From Sarea resinae (lineage: Eukaryota), in the NCBI GenBank assembly GCA_026026165.1, contig JAPEUD010000006.1:496001-560000 (forward strand): a stretch of 64,000 nt of DNA, in the 5' to 3' direction. Below are positions 1-13,547 of the stretch, in pieces (position 1 is the stretch's first letter; the number at the start of each line of letters is the position of its first letter). Under the pieces are notes generated by a model. It did not search any database. It saw only the letters and a program-made list of their open reading frames with translations, and was not told the DNA's origin. The position numbers and the translations under genes were made by a program.

Positions 1-492
1 TCAGCAAGAGCTTCACGATATGGTGCATGAGCTCGTATCGATCTTGTTCCTTTTCATCGTTGGGAAATTGATAGCCTGGCAACAGTGATCATTCAGTGAG
101 AAACTTTGTCATAATATAATAGTCGTAATCTCCCGAGGCGATAAGAGTTTGTTCCTCACGAAAACGACGAGGGTCTTTCGCAAAAGCATGAATACGCACT
201 TCCCGCTCGATAGCTGTGATATCTTCGGCCATTCTCCCACTGATATTTGTTTACGCTAGAGCTCAACGACGTGGTGTAGCTCGATCTAACAGCAGACTCA
301 TCAGCTTCCAATTGGTGTTTTGGAGAGTGCAGGGCGCGCGCACAGTTCGCTCCCATATGCCGAGTCGGAATCGCTTGCCGTATCCTGTTCGATGACGCTT
401 CTTCAGCATTGGGGAGAGAATCAATGGACGAAGGCCATCGACGCCTCACTCACCTCGGGCACCACAATAGCCGTGGCTTCGGGGTTAGACAT
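1..492 (-). CDS. LaeA-like SAM-dependent methyltransferase, 5' part (runs off the left edge; at least 3 introns)
   Basis: Spliced reading: MSNPEATAIVVPE|DTASDSDSAYGSEL|..SYTTSLSSSVNKYQWENGRRYHSYRAG|YQFPNDEKEQDRYELMHHIVKLLL. The ENGRRYH...Y.FPNDE.EQDR signature is typical of fungal LaeA-like methyltransferases. Confidence 0.88.
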
Positions 493-2070
493 TCTGATCG
501 AGGTGGTGCACTATGCGCTGCTGCTGATGACGATCAACGTATCGGAGACAGCAGCGAGGGATAGGTGGTGAGGTGGTGCTCTGCGTCAACAAGAGCGCGC
601 GATCCGGTTCAGAGCAAGCAGTGGAGGCAGGCAGTGGAGGCAATGCGAAGCAAAAAAGAAGACTGGTACGGGCAGAAGCACGAGAAAAAGGCCAGAAATG
701 AGATGGTAGGGTGACGAGGGCACGATGCAGTAGATGTATGGCCAATGCCAATCAATGGCGATGAGTGCCCGATCGAGATCCGTTAGTTCTGTTTTATGTA
801 TGGCCGGAGCAGTCGTCGAGTGCGGATGTAGGGCAGAGCGATAACTGTGCAGGCTGACGAGCAGACGAGCAGACGAGCAGACGAGCTGAGAGCAGGCGAG
901 CCGTCGTGCAATGGCGCGATGTGCGAACAAGCAGGACTGCGCACGGTGCATCGATATCAACAGATGAGGCTAATTGCGAGGCTGCGAGCTCGACTGCTTC
1001 CAAGACGACGATTACCTTACGAGTCTACAGCGTACGACTACCGAGATGCTGCACTGACGCTCCAGCAATCCTATTCCGCTCTCCCACTTGCCGTGTCTCA
1101 GCTCGTCCACTGCTCTGGGAGAGGGGGAGAGAAGAGGCAGAGGGAAGGATGGCGTGGGGAGGAACAAATGCGGGGCGGAGACGTCGAGTATTCGTCCTGT
1201 GGGATTTCTTCGCACAGCGTATGTAGTACTGCGCATCTCCGCCCAAGAGATGCTGCGAGTCGATCAGTAGAGGACTGCATCCAGAACCGCGTTCCGAACT
1301 ACCTACGGCCTACAGTAGCTGATTTGGGCTTTGGCCACGGACGGAGAGTCAGGGAGCAGCCACGTGCTGTCGTCAAGCGTCAGGGCAAAACGTCGGACAA
1401 TTTGGATGCTCAGGGATGTTCAGCGACAAATCCACGAGTTCTTGGCGCCGGAGAGAGGTCCGAGAAGTGGAGAAGTCGAAGAATGCGAGGAGATACGGAG
1501 TATCACTATGGAGTTCTCCGAGTACAGTCGAGGACTACGTACGATAGGGGAGCGTGGGAGACACATCCATAAAAGGGAGGCAACATCCACCGCCCAACAT
1601 CCATTCCCAACGGTAGTCGCGACTCGTAGCACTACGGAGTACGGAGTATGTAGCAGTATTGCCTCTGGACGCGCGGAATTGGTCCCTGAATCAGATAGAT
1701 GCCCGAGCTCGCTGCGCGTACTAGAGTAGCTGCGTACCCAAGGCCGTCTGGTAGGGCGACGGCATCTTCCACCCGCTCACCCGCTCACCCGCTCGCCTCG
1801 AACCAAGTGCCCGCATTTAGTAACGGGACTCAGTAACTTCCATTGGAAGGTAGTGGGCGCATCATGGAACGGAGACGACTACTCAGAGCTACAGTACAGT
1901 CGAGTACGCCGAGTAACTTCGTACGCCCAGGCGTTGTACCCCCAAAGAGCAGACATACTCGTACCGTGTACATGGCCTGCATCGAGTGACACATTGCAAC
2001 GCCAGCAACATCACCGCCATCATGGTCGTCGAAGGAATCCGCCGAGGATTCGAGACGTCGTGATGAAGCA

Positions 2071-3750
2071 TCACATACCTTCCTGCTCCCGTCTTTGGTC
2101 ATCACCCTCGCCACCGCTACCGTCACTGGGGCCTCCCCCGGCCGCCTTGATGGCTTCAGCATCTCCCCGCAGTTTCTCAAAGTACTGCTTGATGTCCTCG
2201 GCACCGACCGCTTGACCGCTCTCGGCGAAGGGCTGGAGAAAGCTCTTGACCTTGTCCTTGAGATGATTATATACCATGACCCCCTCTGCCACACGTTAGC
2301 TTCAGTAGACATGAATGGAATGACCATGGCATCTCGTGCCACCTACCGATAGCCCGCACTCGGTCGACATTGCTCAAGGCAGCCTCACCGCGGTCGAGCA
2401 AGCTGCCCGTCCCAACGCTACCCGTGCCCACATCTCCTTCATCACTCTCGGACAAGGGAGGCTCATAAGTTTCCTCCTCTTCCAGTAGCTGTGGCAATGG
2501 CGAGAGTTTAGGAAAGCAGGCACGACAGCGACAAAAGTGCTCTCTGAAATCTGCATTCAAGAATAGAGACATTGTCCCCGTGGGTGCGGGAGGAAGTGTC
2601 TCGTATGTACAAGTTCTGGCTGTTGCTGAGTCGCCTGGAGCTTCGTCGGCGCCCTTCTGCCGTTTGGTCGCCGAAGACGTCTCAACCTCATCATCCTCGG
2701 CCTTGCGCTTCGAGGATGGTTTCTCTGCAGGATCGGGTTCTTCCATGTTGCTTTCTGCCGAAGTCACTGGAGTCGAAGTCTCTTCTTGCTTGAGATCGTC
2801 CGGAGAGCTTGCATGATCTTTTTTGTAGACAGGTGGCAGAAACCCTGTTGAACCTGCATACCTCTTGATCCACGGGTGGCTCTCCACGCACTTGTAGCAA
2901 ATGAATGATTCAAACGCGTCTTCGGCTGGAAACCCCGGTGGCAGTGGTGGGTCGTCATCGCTATCGGCTTCAGCTGTAGGATCCTTGCTCTTGTCATTCG
3001 GCTCTACCTCGACCTTATGCTCCAGTCCAAGTAAGCATTCAGGATGCCACCAGTCCTCTCCACAACCGCCATCTTCGACGCTCCCCAGTCCCAAGCATTG
3101 AAACATTGTCCCTCTCTCCTGGTAAGCATCATATTCCTGCCCACACCCGCAAAAGCGATTCCGGAAATTCTGATTGTATCTGTTGCCCTTTGCGGCCTCT
3201 CTAGAGTGTACTCCTCCCTTGCGGCCTGTCTCTGAATTGTACCACAGATTGCACGGAGAAGTGGACGGCAGGCGAGTGCTACCACAGTCGCAGACAAAAT
3301 TGCGTTTGGCGAACAGCTCGACCAAGTTATGCTCCCCATGACAAGATATCGAGCAAGCATAACATACACCGGCAGGGGTGTACGGCTCGGTTTGAGAAGC
3401 CGGCGGAGGATTGCATGTTAGACATGAGAATAAATTCTGGCGCAAAGGGCCCTGGAGCCCAGTACAGGTATCGAACGCCTAGAAAAGTCAATCCCACTGT
3501 GTTCAAGGAGGACATGGAACTCATACATAAGGAAGCGCCTCTCGCGCATCTGCTTCGAGCTGTAGTTGACTGTTGATAAATCTGGCGGATTGGAAGGTAA
3601 GCATCCGCTCAGTGGTGGGCTGAATTGCGTGGAATATTTGTTTGTAGGGACAACATACTCAGCTGCTGTTTGTGGCTCATTTGATGCTTGCGAGAAGCTG
3701 GCCGGACGTGAAGTGCCGCTTGGCTCACGAGTTGGGAGACCTTCGGCCAT
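2071..3750 (-). CDS. UBR7: UBR-type zinc finger / PHD-like protein (UBR7/Mlo2 family E3 ligase), spliced; 3' end approximate
   Basis: Exons give QLEADAREALPY|AFDTCT..GPLRQNLFSCLTC..GVCYACSISCHGEH..KRNFVCDCG, FCGCG..GTMFQCLGLG..CGEDWWHPECL, and a C-terminal ALSNVDRVRAI|EGVMVYNHLKDKVKSFL. Confidence 0.9.
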
Positions 3751-3999
3751 TTGGCTGTCGTGGCCTTGCCTACCTCAGGGAATCTCTCACGTTGTTAAGG
3801 GTCTTGATAATAGGGGATATATTCGACCTATGCAAAATTGGTGGTAGGATATCCACGAGGGATGATAGCTTAAAGGGTTGATCGTGAGCAGTGAGCAGTG
3901 AGCAGTGAGCAGAGCTCCAGGGCGATATGATGATATCTCGTAGCTCTACTCCGTATCCCGTACTCGATCTAACCGATTCGAGGTTGTATATTGGTCCCG

Positions 4000-4041
4000 A
4001 CGCGTTTTGGGAAGCGAATCGCGCCCCCTTTCGCGACGCGT
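4000..4041. promoter_or_regulatory. Two MCB boxes (ACGCGT) plus a CGCGAAA-type element in the UBR7/MCM2 divergent promoter
   Basis: ACGCGT at 4000-4005 and 4036-4041 and TTTCGCG at 4029-4035, about 200 bp upstream of the MCM2 ATG. Consistent with MBF-dependent G1/S regulation of replication genes. Confidence 0.65.
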
Positions 4042-4238
4042 CTTACCCGCCCACCTCGACAATCACTTTCTATCATTGTATCCACATGGAAACTACCTAC
4101 CTGCTCTCAACTCATTCCACGCACCATTCTGCCATCGAAGTCAACAACAAAACAACCTCCATATTATCCACTCTGCTTGACTTGTGACCGAGTGTCGGAG
4201 ATTCCACTCCAGGCTTAGGTGGCCATCACACATCTGCA

Positions 4239-7216
4239 ATGAGGTGCGTACTGGCTGCGTTCCGTCTTTTCAACCTACCCGAAAGGCGTCAACCTCGACA
4301 TCGACCTGATCCCTACTGACTGATGCAGTTCGCCATTGCGATCAAACATGTCCTCTGCGAATCGCGGCATCGGAAATGCGAACCGGCGCAAGAGATCGAG
4401 AGAGCCCGACGACGATGTGCCCTCATCCTCTGCAGCCCCACCTTCCAGTCGTAAGTAATGTGGGTAGACTTTTTCGAGCTCATACTGACATATTCAATAG
4501 CACCACCTTCTTCTCCTCCATTATTGCCTAATGATGAAGATGAGGATGAAGAGGTCGAAGAGGAGAACGAACTGATCGACGACATTGACGACGTCGACGA
4601 GATGGCCGAAGAAGAAGCCGGCATTAATCTGTTCGCTGACAATTTCGAGCGAGACTACAGACCCAGAGAAAATGACGCCTACCGGGGTATGGACATCGAT
4701 GACGAAGGCGAGTATGAAGAGCTCGACCCGGTTGCTCGTCGGCAATTGGAAGCCCGTCTCGATCGTCGGGACCGTGAACTTGCGCGACAGCGCCGCATGC
4801 CAGCAGCTTTCTTGCAGGATGAGGACGATGGCGACATTGACCTGACCAGGCAGCCTAGGAGAAGAAGACATCATTACGACGAAGAAGAAGAAGATGAAGA
4901 GATGGGCGATAACATCATGGAGGAGGAGCTGTCTCTTGAAGCCTTGCAGGACGTCAAGGCATCGAGCTTGACGGAGTGGGTGGCTTTGCCGTCCGTATAC
5001 CGGACGATAGCGCGAGAATTCAAGGCATTCTTGACCGAATACACTGACGAAAACGGTATCTCGGTATACGGGACGCGTGTACGAACGCTCGGAGAGGTCA
5101 ACGCCGAATCTCTCGAGGTATCTTACGAGCACTTGTCCTCTTCTAAAGCTATTCTCGCCTACTTCGTAGCCAATGCGCCAGCTGAGATGCTCAAGATCTT
5201 TGACGAGGTCGCAATGGAGGTCACTTTGCTTCATTATCCCGATTACGAGAGAATTCACTCCGAAATCCATGTTCGAATTTCAGACTTACCGGTCCACTAT
5301 ACGCTTCGTCAACTGCGACAAACTCACCTGAACTGCCTGGTTCGAGTCGGTGGAGTAGTGACTCGCCGTACGGGAGTCTTTCCTCAGCTCAAGTATGTCA
5401 AGTTTGACTGCGGCAAGTGTGGAATGACTCTTGGTCCCTTCCAGCAAGAGTCTAATGTGGAAGTCCGCATCTCGTTCTGTCAAAATTGTCAATCCCGGGG
5501 CCCGTTCTCGCTCAACTCGGAGAAGACGGTCTACCGCAACTATCAGAAGATCACATTACAGGAGTCGCCTGGCACCGTACCTGCAGGAAGACTTCCCCGC
5601 CATAGGGAGGTCATCTTATTATGGGACCTCATCGATTCTGCCAAGCCCGGTGAAGAAGTCGAGATAACGGGCATCTACCGCAATAACTACGACGCGCAGC
5701 TCAACAACCGCAATGGGTTTCCCGTATTCGCCACAATCCTCGAAGCAAACTATGTCATCAAATCGCACGACCAACTCGCTGGTTTCCGTCTCACGGAAGA
5801 AGACGAAAGAGAGATCCGAGCTCTATCCCGCGATCCCCAAATCGTCGACAAGATCATCGGATCCATCGCCCCCAGCATCTACGGCCACACCGACATCAAA
5901 ACTGCCGTTGCTCTTTCCCTCTTTGGGGGTGTCAGCAAAGAAGCCCAAGGCAAACACCACATCCGCGGCGACATCAACATTCTGCTTCTTGGAGACCCAG
6001 GAACAGCCAAATCGCAAGTACTCAAGTACATTGAAAAGACCGCGCACCGAGCCGTCTTCGCAACAGGCCAAGGTGCCTCTGCCGTCGGTCTGACAGCCAG
6101 CGTCCGTCGCGATCCCATAACTAGCGAATGGGGACTCGAAGGCGGTGCCCTTGTCCTCGCCGACCGCGGCACCTGCCTCATCGACGAGTTCGACAAGATG
6201 AACGACCAGGACCGCACCTCCATCCACGAAGCCATGGAACAACAGACCATCTCGATCTCCAAAGCCGGCATCGTTACCACTCTGCAAGCGCGCTGCGCCA
6301 TCATTGCCGCCGCCAATCCCATCGGCGGCCGCTACAACAGCACCCGACCCTTTGCGCAGAACGTCGAGCTCACAGAGCCCATTCTCTCTCGCTTCGATAT
6401 CCTCTGCGTCGTCCGCGACACCGTAGACCCGGACCAGGACGAGCGTCTTGCGAACTTCGTGGTCAACTCGCATGGGCGGGCGCATCCGAAGACGAACACC
6501 GAGGATGCCAATGCCAACGCCATGGAGGTCGAGCATGAAACCGAGGTCAGAGAGCAAGAGGTCAACAACGGCGAACCAAAACAGGAGGGCGAGATTCCGC
6601 AGGAGATGCTACGGAAGTATATCCTGTATGCACGCGAAAAGTGCCGACCGAAGCTCTACCAAATCGACCAGGATAAAGTGGCGAGACTGTTTGCGGATAT
6701 GAGGAGGGAGAGTTTGGCGACGGGAGCTTATCCCATTACTGTATGCCTCCTGTCCCCTTTTTCCCCCGCTTTTTTCCCCCCCTCAGAAAGCAAAGCCAAG
6801 GAGATCCACTAATACAAGTCGTCCAAACCCAGGTCCGCCATTTGGAAGCCATCATGCGCATCAGCGAATCCTTCTGCAAGATGCGCCTGTCCGAATACTG
6901 TTCATCGCAGGACATCGACCGCGCCATCGCCGTGACGGTGGACTCGTTCGTCGGCTCCCAGAAAGTCAGCTGTAAGAAGGCGCTTGCCAGGGCGTTTGCC
7001 AAGTACGTTTTCTCTCTTTTTCTATCCCTTTCTTCTCGATCTGGTAGTCTCCTCGCGCGGACTGGGCTGGGCTGGCTTCTGGTCCTGTTGTTGCGATTTA
7101 CTGATGACGGTTTTCGTGTCTATAGATACACGCTCGCTCGACCAGGCCGGAATACCAATACGCCTCGAGCCATGGTTGCTACAGGTGCGCGGAGGGCGCC
7201 CACGGCTGTAATGTAG
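4239..7216 (+). CDS. MCM2: DNA replication licensing factor MCM2 (5 exons)
   Basis: ATGAG|intron|MSSPLR start, acidic N-terminus, C4 zinc finger (DCGKC..CQNC), Walker A GDPGTAKSQ, IDEFDKM, arginine finger SRFD and YPIT|VRHLEAIMRISE. Stop TAG at 7214-7216. Confidence 0.97.
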
Positions 7217-7851
7217 CGCAAACAAAAAGAATCACTGGTCCTAGCAGGGTTTGCTGAGATGGGGGCGACGCACGAGAAGGGGTAATTGGACTTTCTTTCT
7301 TTGTTTCTTGCTGGCTGGTTGGACTGTCTGGCTGGCATGGCGTTCGTTACAGGGAGGAGGTCAAGCGGGGGCCAGGAGGATTGCGCTGGAGATGGAGATG
7401 GTATGGAGATGGTATGGAGATGGGATAGGAGCGGGCGTTGCGTTGTGTTGCGTTGCGTTCCGCTTTTTTTTGTTCATGTTTTTTTTCGTGAAGCGTATTA
7501 TGTAGTGCATAGAAGAACTGTTTCATATTATGTGGAATGGAATATGAATGGGATGGGATAGGATGGGATAGGATGGGATGGAATTGGTGTAATGCTGGCC
7601 TCCTCCTCCTCTCCTCTCTACTCCTCTAGTCTACTATGCACATCATATCCAGACACTGCACAGTGAAGACCACGATTCAAGGGGCGCCGTTTTGTTCATG
7701 TCTTTTTTTCTTTTTCTGTCTTGTCTTTCTTTTCTATCTAGCTGATCTAGTTCATCAAATTCGTCTCCGTCTACTTTCACTCGTCTCTATACGGTGTGAC
7801 TCATCATCTCATGCCTGCCCCCTGGCTCGCTGGTTGCCGCAAAATACCCCC

Positions 7852-9331
7852 TCACACGTCTTTGGGGACCCCGAAAAGCGCCTTCCGCGTGTCATACGTG
7901 TACTTGAGATCCAGATGCCAGTAGTTGGGAGCTTGGGCCTTGGCCACGGCCCAGGCTTCATCGAGCGCCTGCACGACTTCGGCGGGGAGTGGGCCCTTTT
8001 CCAGGTCGGCGAGGTTGGATTGTAGGTGGGTGAATGAGGAGACGCCGATGAGGATGCCGCTGATTGGGGGGAGAGAGAGAGATGATGTGTCAGCTACGAG
8101 GAGAGGGGGGAAGGAGCATAGGGATGGGAGAGGGGAGAGGAGACCATAAGGATTGGAAGAGGGCAGGGGGGATTAGGGGGATCAAACTCACTCGTTGCCG
8201 TCTTTGATCTTGAGCGCCGAATGATGGACGACCCATCGAAGGGCCGTTTCCACCATGGTGAGTCCGTGCTTTGCGACGACGGGCTCGATGATGCTGATTC
8301 CGCGTCGTCAGCGGAGGGTTTTCGGATCGAATATTTCATGGCATTCAAAGACTCACCGTAGCGCATCCCATGTGGCATCGTGGAAGTACCGCTGGCGATA
8401 CAAATGCCCCATGCGGCCCACGCTGTCGCTGAACCGACCTTCTGTAGGCGCCGAGGAGCCCTTGTACTTTCCCGAGAGAAGGCCGCCGGCGATGGGGTTG
8501 TAGATGACAATGTCGAGGCCGTAGCGGCGACATGCGGGGATGAGCTCGGCTTCGATTTGACGGCCTGGATGGCAGTCCGTCAATGGTAATGCTCGAGACG
8601 GACGGGAAGAGCTACGTACTAATGGCATTATACATGCCCTGGTAGATGGTCGGGCGCACCCATCCATTGGCCTTGCACGTCATGACCACCTCGGCCACCT
8701 CGAAAGCAGTGAAGTTGCTCAGGCCCAACTGCACGAACTTGCCCTGCTTGTGCAGGTCATTGACGGCCTTGAGCGTGTCGGCAAAGGGCACGGCGCGGTC
8801 GGCCGCGTGCAGGTAGAAGATGTCGACGCAGTCTGTTTGGAGCTCCGAAAGGGATTTGTTGAAGTTCTCCGTCAGCACTTCGGGCTTGTGCGCGCCGGCC
8901 TCGAAGGGATACCATTTCGTGGCCTGCGTCAAGGATCAGTCAGCTCGGGGGGGTTTTTTGGACCCTGCGAGTGCTTCTCACCAGAGTCAATCCACGCTCC
9001 TTCCAGTGGGCTTGGGCCGTAAAGGCTTCTTGCTGGCCACCGATGTAGACACGTGCCGTGTCGACTTCGTTGTAGCCCTGTTGCTGGAAGTAGTCGAGAT
9101 ATTTGTTGAATTCGGCGAGCTCGGTGATCCTAGCGCCGGTTGCGGGGTCGGGGCCAACTTGACAGAGTCTGAGAATCGAATCCAAGTGTCTGTCGGGATG
9201 CGGTCGATATCAACTTACATGTCATCAAGCTGCGACGGTGGGGTTAGCCGCGGATCTCGAATATCGCAACAAGGGAGGAGGAATTACCCCAGGATGATTC
9301 TATCCTTTGGTTTTCCTGCGAGGAGAGGCAT
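7852..9331 (-). CDS. Aldo-keto reductase, aflatoxin B1 aldehyde reductase (AKR7)-like, multi-exon
   Basis: MPLLAGKPKDRIILG|LMT|FGPD, GYNEVDTARVY, DIFYLHAADR, LGLSNFTAFEVAE, PTIYQGMYNA, YNPIAGG, and C-terminal KGPLPAEVVQALDEAW..YWH. Confidence 0.93.
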
Positions 9332-9824
9332 CTTGAGAATTCCTTGGTGGGGGGTTCGAATGAAGATGAGAGATGATGGTCATCGATGGAGGATAGCCAC
9401 CGGTCATGATATCGAGCGGTGGTGGGGCAATGGATTTATAATGCGTCCTGGTCCTGTTCCTGGCGGACGTCCAGCGTTAAGTCCGAGATGGGCGCAACCA
9501 TGATGATCTACATTCTGCTAGTACGGTACCGCGCATCATGATATGTCTGATATGTACGACGTCGAGGTCTGCCGGCTCAGCATCCAAGAAGAATTGTTCC
9601 TTATTTGCACGAAGAGATTGGAGTGAATCGAGTCAATACAGTCAATAGAGTCAATCGCATCAAAAGAGTGGAAAGAGTGCAAGCAAGCCCGTCGTCGGTC
9701 GGGTTGGCCATCTCGTCTACCACGACGTTGCTCTGATCCCTTTCGATCCCTGCGACACCATCGACGACGGCGGTGAGAGCGAGCATCATATCATCAAAAG
9801 ACGTCAAGAATTCTCCAGTCTCGC

Positions 9825-11912
9825 ATGAGAATATCACCATCACCATCATCGCCTTCAACCTCATCATCCTCATTGTCGAGCTCGACTGGCGGACAGACAG
9901 CCCCTCGGTCATCATCCCGATGCGCTGCGAGACGGGGACATCGCGTGCCAGAAGCGCCATCGGACACTACTGAGGACATCGCTAGCCAGCTCGAGCCCGT
10001 GCTCTCCCCACACCCTCGAGACCACCACTATCGCGCGCGTGGCATGAACCCTTTCGATCGACCTCGTCCGGATACAGCTTCGAGCCATCATCATCATCAG
10101 CATCAGAAAACAACGACCTCTTCTTGCGCCGACACAGCCCCTCCAGACGTACTCGTAGACTCAGACGACGAATCCCCCGATCTACATCTTCAACATTCCA
10201 GTCTCTCCCAGCCCCTTCTTTCGGGCCCGTCACCACGGCATCTGCAAGGCCCACCGCCGCCCTCGGGTGGTCCGCATCGGGACGGCGAGGAGAGCAGCGA
10301 CGATAACAGACAGAGACACCACTGCCTAGACTCGAATCGAAATTCGTCGGAGACTGATCTCGAGCCTCGCGGGCGCGATTCGATGTCTCGGCCGCCTTAT
10401 CACCGACCATCCGAGGGGCGCTCACAAGTCTCTCTCCTCCAGAACAGTGATCAGCGCCCGCCATCGTACAGCTCTTCAGAGGCACCAAGTCGCCCCGCCT
10501 TCATCACACGGCGCTCGACTTTCCACGAGAGAGATCCAGCCGAGAATGCAAACGCCGCGACGAGGAAGAAGTACACGTATGCCGCCTTCTTTCTGGGCTT
10601 GAGCTTGATCAGTTTCGTCATCCAGACCGAAACGGCCGTCTACATACAGAGTAACCTAGGATGGAACAAGGCATATTGCATGCTGTAAGTCTTCCGGTCT
10701 TTGATTTGCTTCTCTAACACGGCGATGTCTAGATGGCTCACGCACGGCTCGTGGTCCCTACTCTGGCCAGTGCAGCTCCTCATCCTGCGCATCCAGAAAC
10801 GCAAGGACCCGTGGAAAGCCTTTTGGCGACGGCACTGCTACCTCCTCCGCACCACGGCGCAGATGATCGAATCGCAAGATCTGCACCCCTCAGGCCGCGC
10901 CGCGCAGAAGTCGCCCATCCCACACATGCTTAAGATGACGGCCATCGTCACCAGCTTCTTGACCATTGCAGGCGGCTCCTGGTACGTCGCCGTCGACCTA
11001 ACCTCGCCCTCGGACCTCACGGCCATCTACAACTGCTCCGCCTTCTTCGCCTACGCCTTCAGCATCCCGCTCCTGCACGAAAAGCCCCGCTTCGACAAGA
11101 TCTTCGCCGTGGCCGTGGCCATCGTCGGCGTCCTCGTGGTCGCATACGGCGACTCCGCCCAGACCAAACACGGGGGTCAATCCGGCGGAGCCGTCGGCGG
11201 CGGCCCACCGGCCCAGGACTCGGAAGCCAAGAATCGCACCGTCGGCAACATCGTCATCGGCGTCGGCAGCGTGCTCTACGGGCTCTACGAGGTGCTGTAC
11301 AAGAAACTTGCCTGTCCGCCCGAAGGCACATCTCCGGGCCGCGGCATGATCTTCGCCAACACCTTCGGTAGTCTAATCGGCAGCTTCACGCTACTCGTGC
11401 TGTGGATCCCGCTGCCGATCTTGCACGTCACGGGGGTGGAGAAGTTTGCGCTGCCGCAGGGCGAGGCGGCGTGGATGTTGCTGATTTCCGTGCTGGCGAA
11501 TGCTAGTACGTTTTGATCCCCATTTCTCTTTCGTTGCATGCGAGATGATAATTCTGACGCCTATCTTCCCACTAGCTTTCTCTGGCTCCTTCCTCGTCCT
11601 CATCTCCCTGACCTCTCCGGTTCTCTCCTCGGTCGCGGCTCTGTGAGTGTCCCATCTGCCCCTTACTTGATCCCCCTACTACAACCACACTAGCACTAAC
11701 ATGTCACGCCCGACAGCCTCACTATCTTCCTCGTGGCCGTAGTCGACTGGCTGCTCACAGGCACGCGCCTCTCGGCCGCCGCGATCGCCGGCGGCCTGCT
11801 CATCATCGCCGCCTTTGCGCTGCTGACATTCAGCACCTACCGCGAGATGGCCGAGGAACGGCGCCGGAAAGAAGAAGTGCTGAGTGAGAGCGAGAGCGAG
11901 AGCGATGAGTGA
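9825..11912 (+). CDS. EamA/DMT-superfamily membrane transporter (SLC35F/THI74-like); start could also be 10044
   Basis: A long disordered N-terminus is followed by about 10 hydrophobic segments (YAAFFLGLSLISFVIQTE, SDLTAIYNCSAFFAYAFSIPLL, VLYGLYEVLYKK, LTSPVLSSVAAL|LTIFLVAVVDW). Three GT-AG introns. Confidence 0.88.
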
Positions 11913-12489
11913 GCGAGCGAGCGAGTCTATGTTTGTCAGTTTTCCTCGCGGGTTATTTGCACTCGGGGACATGAAGGAACATCGGGCTGCCGGGTTGGCG
12001 AGCAGAGGGGGTCGGCAGGGAGGCGAGGCTCACTTGATTTGTGTCCCCTGGCCCCCCCTCGGGCTCGATAACGTGCTTCTGTCGTGTTTGGATCTGGATC
12101 TGGATATCTGTCTCACTTTCGTATTTCGTCTTATCTTCTTATCTTCTTATTACCTTGTCTTAGCATCGTTCCCGGCGTTCTCGTCTCTAGTTTCACTCCT
12201 TCCGTCATTCCATCATTCTATCATTCCATCAATGTCAGTCGAGGCCCGGCCGTGGCCCAGGCGTAGATGACATCTCTCTCGTAATTTCTCTTCCCCCACC
12301 ACCCTCGGGGGGTTTTGGGGGGGGTGTGATTTGTTTAGGACTACTTGGTTTTAGTCTCGACGATACAAGGGCTTGTGGTTTCTGGGAGCTATGCCGTAGG
12401 GTTGGGTTATGTGGGGATTGGTTCGAGGTTTGATGTTTGATGCTTGATGTTTGATATTTGATGTCCGATGTCGTGATTTATTTGATGGC

Positions 12490-12944
12490 TGGAAAGAAGG
12501 AGAGGAGGGAGAAGAAGAAGAAGGCGTCCTAGTAGTCGCAGAGAGAAAGGGGAGAAGCGGAGAAAAAAGCCAGTAGCAGAGAGAACGGATCGTGGCAGAG
12601 AGAAAAAAGGATCGTGGCAGAGAGAGAGAGGATAGGCGCAGAGAGAGAGAGAGAGAGAAAGGATAGAAGCAGACAACAGGCAGAAGTAGAGAAATGTTTA
12701 GTCGCAGAGAACAGCCAGCAGTAGCAGGAAGAAAGAAAGAAGAGAGGAAAGAGAGAAAGAGAAAACAAGAGATAGTAACACATAAACCAACACATATAAA
12801 CAGAAAAGAACAACCAAGAGAAATATCAGTCTTACGACGACTAAATAGGAAGAACAGGATAATAGGATAAGAGAAAGAAAGAAAGAAAAGAAAGAAAAGA
12901 AGAAAAGAAGAAAAAAAGAAAAACAGAAAAAAAAGAAAAGAAAG

Positions 12945-13002
<58 letters not shown>

Positions 13003-13330
13003 AACACTCATACCTAAGCCAAGCTCTCTTTTCTCCTCTCCTCTTCTCTCCTCTCCTCTTCTTTGCCTCTCCTTTATACCCTCTCTTTTATAGCCTGGCC
13101 TAGTCTAGCCTTAAATACTAGTATAGAGAACTTTACAAGGCAAGAAAGAAAGAAAAAAAATGGGCCTAGTAAATTATATATACTTGAATATATAGATAGG
13201 TAGATAGGCAAAGAGAAAGAGAGAGAGAGAAGTAGACTTCTCTTTCCCTTCTATCTCTTTCTCTTACCCTTTTCTTCTCTTCTCTCTAGGAGATAGGGAG
13301 ATAGGAGCGAGGAGAGATAGAGGAATGTCA
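12490..13330. repeat. Purine/pyrimidine strand-asymmetric low-complexity tract with (GA)25 at 12949-12998
   Basis: Almost pure A/G on the + strand over 12490-13000, a duplicated GGATCGTGGCAGAGAG at 12587 and 12609, then CT-rich blocks. Confidence 0.85.
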
Positions 13331-13500
13331 TGCATTATAATTAGTTGGTTAGTTAGTTGTCCGAGCGTTTGTCTGAGCGTTTGTCTAGCATATCACCATA
13401 ATATAGAATTGACGACTAAGGTAAGCAAGTAAATACACACATATACACATACAGTCACACACACACACGCACGTGCACATGCATATACAGAGGGAGAAAG

Positions 13501-13546
<46 letters not shown>
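13501..13546. repeat. (AAAG)n microsatellite
   Basis: Directly visible tandem tetranucleotide repeat. Confidence 0.9.

Positions 13547-13547
<1 letters not shown>

Noticed and set aside
847..1729. ORFs of 241 aa and 132 aa on the + strand
   Set aside because: No recognisable motifs; they run through short tandem repeats (GACGAGCA) and the region upstream of the methyltransferase gene, so they are probably chance ORFs.
4521..6557. Long antisense ORFs (249 aa and 244 aa) opposite MCM2, and similar ones opposite other GC3-rich genes
   Set aside because: These are expected shadows of biased codon usage on the coding strand.
12351..13007. 218-aa hydrophobic ORF (LSLSLS/FFLF)
   Set aside because: It is the translation of a CT/GA low-complexity tract, not a membrane protein.
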